A stretch of DNA of 64,000 nt from Auanema rhodensis (taxonomy: Eukaryota > Animalia > Nematoda): the NCBI GenBank assembly GCA_964057225.1, contig OZ059899.1, positions 19,716,001 through 19,780,000 on the forward strand, given 5' to 3'. Position numbers and translations under genes: made by a program. The notes under the pieces are model-generated. The model was not told where the DNA came from. It saw only the letters and a program-made list of their open reading frames with translations, and made no database searches. The number at the start of each line of letters is the position of its first letter. Position 1 is the stretch's first letter. This document shows, piece after piece, positions 10,001-22,499 of the stretch.

Positions 10001-12987
10001 GGTGTTTTTAGATTCCTTTTTTCAAGGCAAAGACGATGGACAATGTTATTCAACGAAAAAATTAATTCTGCAGGGTGAAAATCGAGGATATAAGTGTGAA
10101 CTTATATCAGTTGATATCTCGGTGCATTTTTAAGCTAGCGCAAATCTGATAACACAGATCGACGCAGCTTAAAAATCCGCATCGAATGCACTATACTACA
10201 TTGAGAAACGCTTGATACAAAAATTAGGTATGATCGTTTGAAAAATGATGCATTAGTGTATGTTGAGTTTCCATGTACACTCAACATTGCTTCCAAAAAC
10301 ATTTTGACAAAAATGTTTCCGAAAAATTTCAAAATAATTTCGCGAAAAGTAGATGTTTTTAGATTCCTTTTTTCAAGGCAAAGACGATGGACAATGTTAT
10401 TCAACGAAAAAATTATTTCTGCAGGGTGAAAATCGAGGATATAAGTGTGAACTTATATCAGTTGATATCTCGGTGCATTTTTAAGCTAGCGCAAATCTGA
10501 TAACACAGATCGACGCAGCTTAAAAATCCGCATCGAATGCATTATACTACATTGAGAAACGCTTAATACAAAACTTAGTTATGATCGTTTGAAAAATGAT
10601 GCATTACTGTAAGTTGAGTTTCCATGTACACTCAACATTGCTTCCAAAAACATTTTGACAAAAATTTTTCCGAAAAATTTCAAAATAATTTCGCGAAAAG
10701 TAGATGTTTTTAGATTCCTTTTTTCAAGGCAAAGACGATGGACAATGTTATTCAACGAAAAAATTAATTCTGCAGGGTGAAAATCGAGGATATAAGTGTG
10801 AACTTATATCAGTTGATATCTCGGTGCATTTTTAAGCTAGCGCAAATCTGATAACACAGATCGACGCAGCTTAAAAATCCGCATCGAATGCACTATACTA
10901 CATTGAGAAACGCTTAATACAAAAATTAGTTATGATCGTTTGAAAAATGATGCATTAGTGTATGTTGAGTTTCCATGTACACTCAACATTGCTTCCAAAA
11001 ACATTTTGACAAAAATGTTTCCGAAAAGTTTCAAAATAATTTCGCGAAAAGTAGATGTTTTTAGATTCCTTTTTTCAAGGCAAAGACGATGGACAATGTT
11101 ATTCAACGAAAAAATTATTTCTGCAGGGTGAAAATCGAGGATATAAGTGTGAACTTATATCAGTTGATATCTCGGTGCATTTTTAAGCTAGCGCAAATCT
11201 GATAACACAGATCGACGCAGCTTAAAAATCCGCATCGAATGCATTATACTACATTGAGAAACGCTTAATACAAAAATTAGTTATGATCGTTTGAAAAATG
11301 ATGCATTAGTGTATATTGAGTTTCCATGTACACTCAACATAGCTTCCAAAAACATTTTGACAAAAATTTTTCCGAAAAATTTCGAAATAAATTCGCAAAA
11401 AGTAGATGTTTTTAGATTTCTTTTTTCAAGGCAAAGACGATGGACAATGTTATTCAACGAAAAAATTAATTCTGCAGGGTGAAAATCGAGGATATAAGTG
11501 TGAACTTATATCAGTTGATATCTCGGTGCATTTTTAAGCTAGCGCAAATCTGATAACACAGATCGACGCAGCTTAAAAATCCGCATCGAATGCATTATAC
11601 TACATTGAGAAACGCTTAATACAAAACTTAGTTATGATCGTTTGAAAAATGATGCATTACTGTAAGTTGAGTTTCCATGTACACTCAACATTGCTTCCAA
11701 AAACATTTTGACAAAAATTTTTCCGAAAAATTTCAAAATAATTTCGCGAAAAGTAGATGTTTTTAGATTCCTTTTTTCAAGGCAAAGACGATGGACAATG
11801 TTATTCAACGAAAAAATTAATTCTGCAGGGTGAAAATCGAGGATATAAGTGTGAACTTATATCAGTTGATATCTCGGTGCATTTTTAAGCTAGCGCAAAT
11901 CTGATAACACAGATCGACGCAGCTTAAAAATCCGCATCGAATGCACTATACTACATTGAGAAACGCTTAATACAAAACTTAGTTATGATCGTTTGAAAAA
12001 TGATGCATTACTGTAAGTTGAGTTTCCATGTACACTCAACATTGCTTCCAAAAACATTTTGACAAAAATTTTTCCGAAAAATTTCAAAATAATTTCGCGA
12101 AAAGTAGATGTTTTTAGATTCCTTTTTTCAAGGCAAAGACGATGGACAATGTTATTCAACGAAAAAATTAATTCTGCAGGGTGAAAATCGAGGATATAAG
12201 TGTGAACTTATATCAGTTGATATCTCGGTGCATTTTTAAGCTAGCGCAAATCTGATAACACAGATCGACGCAGCTTAAAAATCCGCATCGAATGCACTAT
12301 ACTGCATTGAGAAACGCTTAATACAAAAGTTAGTTATGATCGTTTGAAAAATGATGCATTAGTGTATGTTGAGTTTCCATGTACACTCAACATTGCTTCC
12401 AAAAACATTTTGACAAAAATTTTTCCGAAAAATTTTAAAATAATTTCGCAAAGAGTAGGTGTTTTTAGATTCCTTTTTTCAAGGCAAAGACGATGGACAA
12501 TGTTATTCAACGAAAAAATTAATTCTGCAGGGTGAAAATCGAGGATATAAGTGTGAACTTATATCAGTTGATATCTCGGTGCATTTTTAAGCTAGCGCAA
12601 ATCTGATAACACAGATCGACGCAGCTTAAAAATCCGCATCGAATGCACTATACTACATTGAGAAACGCTTGATACAAAACTTAGTTATGATCGTTTGAAA
12701 AATGATGCATTAGTGTATGTTGAGTTTCCATGTACACTCAACATTGCTTCCAAAAACATTTTGACAAAAATTTTTCCGAAAAATTTCGAGAAAATTTCGC
12801 GAAAAGTAGATGTTTTTAGATTCCTTTTTTCAAGGCAAAGACGATGGACAATGCTATTCAACGAAAAAATTATTTCTGCAGGGTGAAAATCGAGGATATA
12901 AGTGTGAACTTATATCAGTTGATATCTCGGTGCATTTTTAAGCTAGCGCAAATCTGATAACACAGATCGACGCAGCTTAAAAATCCG

Positions 12988-14391
12988 CATCGAATGCACT
13001 ATACTGCATTGAGAAACGCTTAATACAAAAGTTAGTTATGATCGTTTGAAAAATGATGCATTAGTGTATGTTGAGTTTCCATGTACACTCAACATTGCTT
13101 CCAAAAACATTTTGACAAAAATTTTTCCGAAAAATTTCAAAATAATTTCGCGAAAAGTAGATGTTTTTAGATTCCTTTTTTCAAGGCAAAGACGATGGAC
13201 AATGTTATTCAACGAAAAAATTAATTCTGCAGGGTGAAAATCGAGGATATAAGTGTGAACTTATATCAGTTGATATCTCGGTGCATTTTTAAGCTAGCGC
13301 AAATCTGATAACACAGATCGACGCAGCTTAAAAATCCGCATCGAATGCACTATACTACATTGAGAAACGCTTGATACAAAAATTAGGTATGATCGTTTGA
13401 AAAATGATGCATTAGTGTATGTTGAGTTTCCATGTACACTCAACATTGCTTCCAAAAACATTTTGACAAAAATTTTTCCAAAAAATTTCAAAATAATTTC
13501 GCAAAAAGTAAATGTTTTTAGATTCCTTTCTCCAAGGCAAAGACGATGGACAATGTTATTCAACGAAAAAATTAATTCTGCAGGGTGAAAATCGAGGATA
13601 TAAGTGTGAACTTATATCAGTTGATATCTCGGTGCATTTTTAAGCTAGCGCAAATCTGATAACACAGATCGACGCAGCTTAAAAATCCGCATCGAATGCA
13701 CTATACTGCATTGAGAAACGCTTAATACAAAAGTTAGTTATGATCGTTTGAAAAATGATGCATTAGTGTATGTTGAGTTTCCATGTACACTCAACATTGC
13801 TTCCAAAAACATTTTGACAAAAATTTTTCCGAAAAATTTCAAAATAATTTCGCGAAAAGTAGATGTTTTTAGATTCCTTTTTTCAAGGCAAAGACGATGG
13901 ACAATGTTATTCAACGAAAAAATTAATTCTGCAGGGTGAAAATCGAGGATATAAGTGTGAACTTATATCAGTTGATATCTCGGTGCATTTTTAAGCTAGC
14001 GCAAATCTGATAACACAGATCGACGCAGCTTAAAAATCCGCATCGAATGCACTATACTACATTGAGAAACGCTTGATACAAAAATTAGGTATGATCGTTT
14101 GAAAAATGATGCATTAGTGTATGTTGAGTTTCCATGTACACTCAACATTGCTTCCAAAAACATTTTGACAAAAATTTTTCCAAAAAATTTCAAAATAATT
14201 TCGCAAAAAGTAAATGTTTTTAGATTCCTTTCTCCAAGGCAAAGACGATGGACAATGTTATTCAACGAAAAAATTAATTCTGCAGGGTGAAAATCGAGGA
14301 TATAAGTGTGAACTTATATCAGTTGATATCTCGGTGCATTTTTAAGCTAGCGCAAATCTGATAACACAGATCGACGCAGCTTAAAAATCCG
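12988..14391. repeat. Local 2-monomer (702-bp) higher-order repeat, two copies
   Basis: Monomer types alternate: cgcgaaaagtagat type (13046, 13748) and gtaaat/tctcca type (13397, 14099). Confidence 0.85.
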
Positions 14392-17300
14392 CATCGAATG
14401 CACTATACTACATTGAGAAACGCTTGATACAAAAATTAGGTATGATCGTTTGAAAAATGATGCATTAGTGTATGTTGAGTTTCCATGTACACTCAACATT
14501 GCTTCCAAAAACATTTTGACAAAAATTTTTCCGAAAAATTTCGAAAAAATTTCGCGAAAAGTAGATGTTTTTAGATTCCTTTTTTCAAGGCAAAGACGAT
14601 GGACAATGTTATTCAACGAAAAAATTAATTCTGCAGGGTGAAAATCGAGGATATAAGTGTGAACTTATATCAGTTGATATCTCGGTGCATTTTTAAGCTA
14701 GCGCAAATCTGATAACACAGATCGACGCAGCTTAAAAATCCGCATCGAATGCACTATACTGCATTGAGAAACGCTTAATACAAAAGTTAGTTATGATCGT
14801 TTGAAAAATGATGCATTAGTGTATGTTGAGTTTCCATGTACACTCAACATTGCTTCCAAAAACATTTTGACAAAAATTTTTCCGAAAAATTTTAAAATAA
14901 TTTCGCAAAGAGTAGGTGTTTTTAGATTCCTTTTTTCAAGGCAAAGACGATGGACAATGTTATTCAACGAAAAAATTAATTCTGCAGGGTGAAAATCGAG
15001 GATATAAGTGTGAACTTATATCAGTTGATATCTCGGTGCATTTTTAAGCTAGCGCAAATCTGATAACACAGATCGACGCAGCTTAAAAATCCGCATCGAA
15101 TGCACTATACTACATTGAGAAACGCTTGATACAAAAATTAGGTATGATCGTTTGAAAAATGATGCATTAGTGTATGTTGAGTTTCCATGTACACTCAACA
15201 TTGCTTCCAAAAACATTTTGACAAAAATTTTTCCGAAAAATTTCGAAAAAATTTCGCGAAAAGTAGATGTTTTTAGATTCCTTTTTTCAAGGCAAAGACG
15301 ATGGACAATGCTATTCAACGAAAAAATTATTTCTGCAGGGTGAAAATCGAGGATATAAGTGTGAACTTATATCAGTTGATATCTCGGTGCATTTTTAAGC
15401 TAGCGCAAATCTGATAACACAGATCGACGCAGCTTAAAAATCCGCATCGAATGCATTATACTACATTGAGATACGCTTAATACAAAACTTAGTTATGATC
15501 GTTTGAAAAATGATGCATTACTGTAAGTTGAGTTTCCATGTACACTCAACATTGCTTTCAAAAACATTTTGACAAAAATTTTTCCAAAAAATTTCAAAAT
15601 AATTTCGCAAAAAGTAAATGTTTTTAGATTCCTTTCTCCAAGGCAAAGACGATGGACAATGTTATTCAACGAAAAAATTAATTCTGCAGGGTGAAAATCG
15701 AGGATATAAGTGTGAACTTATATCAGTTGATATCTCGGTGCATTTTTAAGCTAGCGCAAATCTGATAACACAGATCGACGCAGCTTAAAAATCCGCATCG
15801 AATGCACTATACTACATTGAGAAACGCTTGATACAAAAATTAGTTATGATCGTTTGAAAAAAGATGCATTAGTGTATGTTGAGTTTCCATGTACACTCAA
15901 CATTGCTTTCAAAAACATTTTGACAAAAATTTTTCCAAAAAATTTCAAAATAATTTCGCAAAAAGTAAATGTTTTTAGATTCCTTTCTCCAAGGCAAAGA
16001 CGATGGACAATGTTATTCAACGAAAAAATTAATTCTGCAGGGTGAAAATCGAGGATATAAGTGTGAACTTATATCAGTTGATATCTCGGTGCATTTTTAA
16101 GCTAGCGCAAATCTGATAACACAGATCGACGCAGCTTAAAAATCCGCATCGAATGCACTATACTACATTGAAAAACGCTTGATACAAAAATTAGGTATGA
16201 TCGTTTGAAAAAAGATGCATTAGTGTATGTTGAGTTTCCATGTACACTCAACATTGCTTCCAAAAACATTTTGACAAAAATTTTTCCAAAAAATTTCAAA
16301 ATAATTTCGCAAAAAGTAAATGTTTTTAGATTCCTTTCTCCAAGGCAAAGACAATGGACGATGTTATTCAACGAAAAAATTAATTCTGCAGGGTGAAAAT
16401 CGAGGATATAAGTGTGAACTTATATCAGTTGATATCTCGGTGCATTTTTAAGCTAGCGCAAATCTGATAACACAGATCGACGCAGCTTAAAAATCCGCAT
16501 CGAATGCACTATACTACATTGAAAAACGCTTGATACAAAAATTAGGTATGATCGTTTGAAAAAAGATGCATTAGTGTATGTTGAGTTTCCATGTACACTC
16601 AACATTGCTTCCAAAAACATTTTGACAAAAATTTTTCCGAAAAATTTCAAAATAATTTCGCAAAAAGTAGATGGTTTTAGATTCCTTCTTTCAAGGCAAA
16701 GACGATGGACAATGTTATTCAACGAAAAAATTAATTCTGCAGGGTGTAAATCGAGGATATAAGTGTGAACTTATATCAGTTGATATCTCGGTGCAATTTT
16801 AAGCTAGCGCAAATCTGATAACACAGATCGACGCAGCTTAAAAATCCGCATCGAATGCACTATACTACATTGAGAAACGCTTAATACAAAAATTAGTTAT
16901 GATCGTTTGAAAAAAGATGCATTAGTGTATGTTGAGTTTCCATGTACACTCAACATTGCTTCCAAAAACATTTTGACAAAAATTTTTCCGAAAAATTTCA
17001 AAAAAATTTCGCAAAAAGTAGATGTTTTTAGATTCCTTTTTTCACGGCAAAGAAGATGGACAAAGTTATTCAACGAAAAAATTAATTCTGCAGGGTGAAA
17101 ATCGAGGATATAAGTGTGAACTTATATCAGTTGATATCTCGGTGCATTTTTAAGCTAGCGCAAATCTGATAACACAGATCGACGCAGCTTAAAAATCCGC
17201 ATCGAATGCACTATACTACATTGAGAAACGCTTAATACAAAAATTAGTTATGATCGTTTGAAAAATGATGCATTAGTGTATGTTGAGTTTCCATGTACAC

Positions 17301-20300
17301 TCAACATAGCTTCCAAAAACATTTTGACAAAAATGTTTCCGAAAAATTTCGAAAAAATTTCGCAAAAAGTAGATGTTTTTAGATTCCTTTTTTCACGGCA
17401 AAGACGATGGACAAAGTTATGCAACGAAAAAATTAATTCTGCAGGGTGAAAATCGAGGATATAAGTGTGAACTTATATCAGTTGATATCTCGGTGCATTT
17501 TTAAGCTAGCGCAAATCTGATAACACAGATCGACGCAGCTTAAAAATCCGCATCGAATGCACTATACTACATTGAGAAACGCTTAATACAAAAATTAGTT
17601 ATGATCGTTTGAAAAATGATGCATTAGTGTATGTTGAGTTTCCATGTACACTCAACATTGCTTCCAAAAACATTTTGACAAAAATTTTTCCGAAAAATTT
17701 CAAAATAATTTCGCAAAAAGTAGAAGTTTTTAGATTCCTTCTTTCAAGGCAAAGACGATGGACAATGTTATTCAACGAAAAAATTAATTCTGCAGGGTGA
17801 AAATCGAGGATATAAGTGTGAACTTATATCAGTTGATATCTCGGTGCATGTTTAAGCTAGCGCAAATCTGATAACACAGATCGACGCAGCTTAAAATTCC
17901 GCATCGAATGCACTATACAACATTGAGAAACGCTTAATACAAAAATTAGTTATGATCGTTTGAAAAATGATGCATTAGTGTATGTTGAGTTTCCATGTAC
18001 ACTCAACATTGCTTCCAAAAACATTTTGACAAAAATTTTTCCGAAAAATTTCAAAATAATTTCGCAAAAAGTAGATGTTTTTAGATTCCTTTTTTCACGG
18101 CAAAGACGATGGACAAAGTAATTCAACGAAAAAATTAATTCTGCAGGGTGAAAATCGAGGATATAAGTGTGAACTTATATCAGTTGATATCTCGGTGCAT
18201 GTTTAAGCTAGCGCAAATCTGATAACACAGATCGACGCAGCTTAAAATTCCGCATCGAATGCACTATACTACATTGAGAAACGCTTAATACAAAAATTAG
18301 TTATGATCGTTTGAAAAAAGATGCATTAGTGTATGTTGAGTTTCCATGTACACTCAACATTGCTTCCAAAAACATTTTGACAAAAATTTTTCCGAAAAAT
18401 TTCAAAATAATTTCGCAAAAAGTAGATGTTTTTAGATTCCTTTTTTCACGGCAAAGACGATGGACAAAGTAATTCAACGAAAAAATTAATTCTGCAGGGT
18501 GAAAATCGAGGATATAAGTGTGAACTTATATCAGTTGATATCTCGGTGCATTTTTAAGCTAGCGCAAATCTGATAACACAGATCGACGCAGCTTAAAAAT
18601 CCGCATCGAATGCACTATACTACATTGAGAAACGCTTAATACAAAAATTAGTTATGATCGTTTGAAAAATGATGCATTAGTGTATGTTGAGTTTCCATGT
18701 ACACTCAACATAGCTTCCAAAAACATTTTGACAAAAATTTTTCCGAAAAATTTCGAAAAAATTTCGCGAAAAGTAGATGTTTTTAGATTCCTTTTTTCAA
18801 GGCAAAGACGATGGACAATGTTATTCAACGAAAAAATTAATTCTGCAGGGTGAAAATCGAGGATATAAGTGTGAACTTATATCAGTTGATATCTCGGTGC
18901 ATTTTTAAGCTAGCGCAAATCTGATAACACAGATCGACGCAGCTTAAAAATCCGCATCGAATGCACTATACTACATTGAGAAACGCTTAATACAAAAATT
19001 AGTTATGATCGTTTGAAAAATGATGCATTAGTGTATGTTGAGTTTCCATGTACACTCAACATAGCTTCCAAAAACATTTTGACAAAAATTTTTCCGAAAA
19101 ATTTCGAAAAAATTTCGCGAAAAGTAGATGTTTTTAGATTCCTTTTTTCAAGGCAAAGACGATGGACAATGTTATTCAACGAAAAAATTAATTCTCCAGG
19201 GTGAAAATCGAGGATATAAGTGTGAACTTATATCAGTTGATATCTCGGTGCATTTTTAAGCTAGCGCAAATCTGATAACACAGATCGACGCAGCTTAAAA
19301 ATCCGCATCGAATGCACTATACTGCATTGAGAAACGCTTAATACAAAAGTTAGTTATGATCGTTTGAAAAATGATGCATTAGTGTATGTTGAGTTTCCAT
19401 GTACACTCAACATTGCTTCCAAAAACATTTTGACAAAAATTTTTCCGAAAAATTTTAAAATAATTTCGCAAAGAGTAGGTGTTTTTAGATTCCTTTTTTC
19501 AAGGCAAAGACGATGGACAATGTTATTCAACGAAAAAATTAATTCTGCAGGGTGAAAATCGAGGATATAAGTGTGAACTTATATCAGTTGATATCTCGGT
19601 GCATTTTTAAGCTAGCGCAAATCTGATAACACAGATCGATGCCGCTTAAAAATCCGCATCGAATGCACTATACTACATTGAGAAACGCTTGATACAAAAA
19701 TTAGTTATGATCGTTTGAAAAAAGATGCATTAGTGTATGTTGAGTTTCCATGTACACTTAACATTGCTTCCAAAAACATTTTTACAAAAATTTTTCCGAA
19801 AAATTTCGAAATAATTTCGCGAAAAGTAGATGTTTTTAGATTCCTTTTTTCAAGGCAAAGACGATGGACAAAGTTATTCAACGAAAAAATTAATTCTGCA
19901 GGGTGAAAATCGAGGATATAAGTGTGAACTTATATCAGTTGATATCTCGGTGCATTTTTAAGCTAGCGCAAATCTGATAACACAGATCGACGCAGCTTAA
20001 AAATCCGCATCGAATGCACTATACTACATTGAGAAACGCTTAATACAAAAATTAGTTATGATCGTTTGAAAAATGATGCATTAGTGTATGTTGAGTTTCC
20101 ATGTACACTCAACATTGCTTCCAAAAACATTTTGACAAAAATTTTTCCGAAAAATTTCAAAATAATTTCGCAAAAAGTAGAAGTTTTTAGATTCCTTCTT
20201 TCAAGGCAAAGACGATGGACAATGTTATTCAACGAAAAAATTAATTCTGCAGGGTGAAAATCGAGGATATAAGTGTGAACTTATATCAGTTGATATCTCG

Positions 20301-22499
20301 GTGCATTTTTAAGCTAGCGCAAATCTGATAACACAGATCGACGCAGCTTAAAAATCCGCATCGAATGCACTATACTACATTGAGAAACGCTTAATACAAA
20401 AATTAGTTATGATCGTTTGAAAAATGATGCATTAGTGTATGTTGAGTTTCCATGTACACTCAACATTGCTTCCAAAAACATTTTGACAAAAATTTTTCCG
20501 AAAAATTTCAAAATAATTTCGCAAAAAGTAGAAGTTTTTAGATTCCTTCTTTCAAGGCAAAGACGATGGACAATGTTATTCAACGAAAAAATTAATTCTG
20601 CAGGGTGAAAATCGAGGATATAAGTGTGAACTTATATCAGTTGATATCTCGGTGCATTTTTAAGCTAGCGCAAATCTGATAACACAGATCGACGCAGCTT
20701 AAAAATCCGCATCGAATGCACTATACTGCATTGAGAAACGCTTAATACAAAAGTTAGTTATGATCGTTTGAAAAATGATGCATTAGTGTATGTTGAGTTT
20801 CCATGTACACTCAACATTGCTTCCAAAAACATTTTGACAAAAATTTTTCCGAAAAATTTCAAAATAATTTCGCAAAAAGTAGATGTTTTTAGATTCCTTT
20901 TTTCACGGCAAAGACGATGGACAAAGTTATTCAACGAAAAAATTAATTCTGCAGGGTGAAAATCGAGGATATAAGTGTGAACTTATATCAGTTGATATCT
21001 CGGTGCATTTTTAAGCTAGCGCAAATCTGATAACACAGATCGACGCAGCTTAAAAATCCGCATCGAATGCACTATACTACATTAAGAAACGCTTAATACA
21101 AAAATTAGTTATGATCGTTTGAAAAATGATGCATTAGTGTATGTTGAGTTCCCATGTACACTCAACATAGCTTCCAAAAACATTTTGACAAAAATTTTTC
21201 CGAAAAATTTCGAAAAAATTTCGCGAAAAGTAGATGTTTTCAGATTCCTTTTTTCAAGGCAAAGACGATGGACAATGTTATTCAACGAAAAAATTAATTC
21301 TCCAGGGTGAAAATCGAGGATATAAGTGTGAACTTATATCAGTTGATATCTCGGTGCAATTTTAAGCTAGCGCAAATCTGATAATACAGATCGACGCAGC
21401 TTAAAAATCCGCATCGAATGCACTATACTGCATTGAGAAACGCTTAATACAAAAGTTAGTTATGATCGTTTGAAAAATGATGCATTAGTGTATGTTGAGT
21501 TTCCATGTACACTCAACATTGCTTCCAAAAACATTTTGACAAAAATTTTTCCGAAAAATTTCGAAATAAATTCGCAAAAAGTAGATGTTTTTAGATTCCT
21601 TTTTTCAAGGCAAAGACGATGGACAATGTTATTCAACGAAAAAATTAATTCTGCAGGGTGAAAATCGAGGATATAAGTGTGAACTTATATCAGTTGATAT
21701 CTCGGTGCATTTTTAAGCTAGCGCAAATCTGATAACACAGATCGACGCAGCTTAAAAATCCGCATCGAATGCACTATACTGCATTGAGAAACGCTTAATA
21801 CAAAAGTTAGTTATGATCGTTTGAAAAATGATGCATTAGTGTATGTTGAGTTTCCATGTACACTCAACATTGCTTCCAAAAACATTTTGACAAAAATTTT
21901 TCCGAAAAATTTTAAAATAATTTCGCAAAGAGTAGGTGTTTTTAGATTCCTTTTTTCAAGGCAAAGACGATGGACAATGTTATTCAACGAAAAAATTAAT
22001 TCTGCAGGGTGAAAATCGAGGATATAAGTGTGAACTTATATCAGTTGATATCTCGGTGCATTTTTAAGCTAGCGCAAATCTGATAACACAGATCGATGCC
22101 GCTTAAAAATCCGCATCGAATGCACTATACTACATTGAGAAACGCTTGATACAAAAATTAGTTATGATCGTTTGAAAAAAGATGCATTAGTGTATGTTGA
22201 GTTTCCATGTACACTCAACATTGCTTCCAAAAACATTTTTACAAAAATTTTTCCGAAAAATTTCGAAATAATTTCGCAAAAAGTAGATGTTTTTAGATTC
22301 CTTTTTTCAAGGCAAAGGCGATGGACATTGTTATTCAACGAAAAAATTGATTCTGCAGGGTGAAAATCGAGGATATAAGTGTGAACTTATATCAGTTGAT
22401 ATCTCGGTGCATTTTTAAGCTAACTCAAATCTGATAACACAGATCGACGCAGCTTAAAAATCCGCATCGAATGCACTATACATCATTGAGAAACGTTTA

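Noticed and set aside
691-16722. 78-89-aa minus-strand ORFs
   Set aside because: They are open only in monomers with the attaggtatg SNP, which removes a stop codon. They are antisense to the other spurious ORF and absent beyond 16.7 kb.
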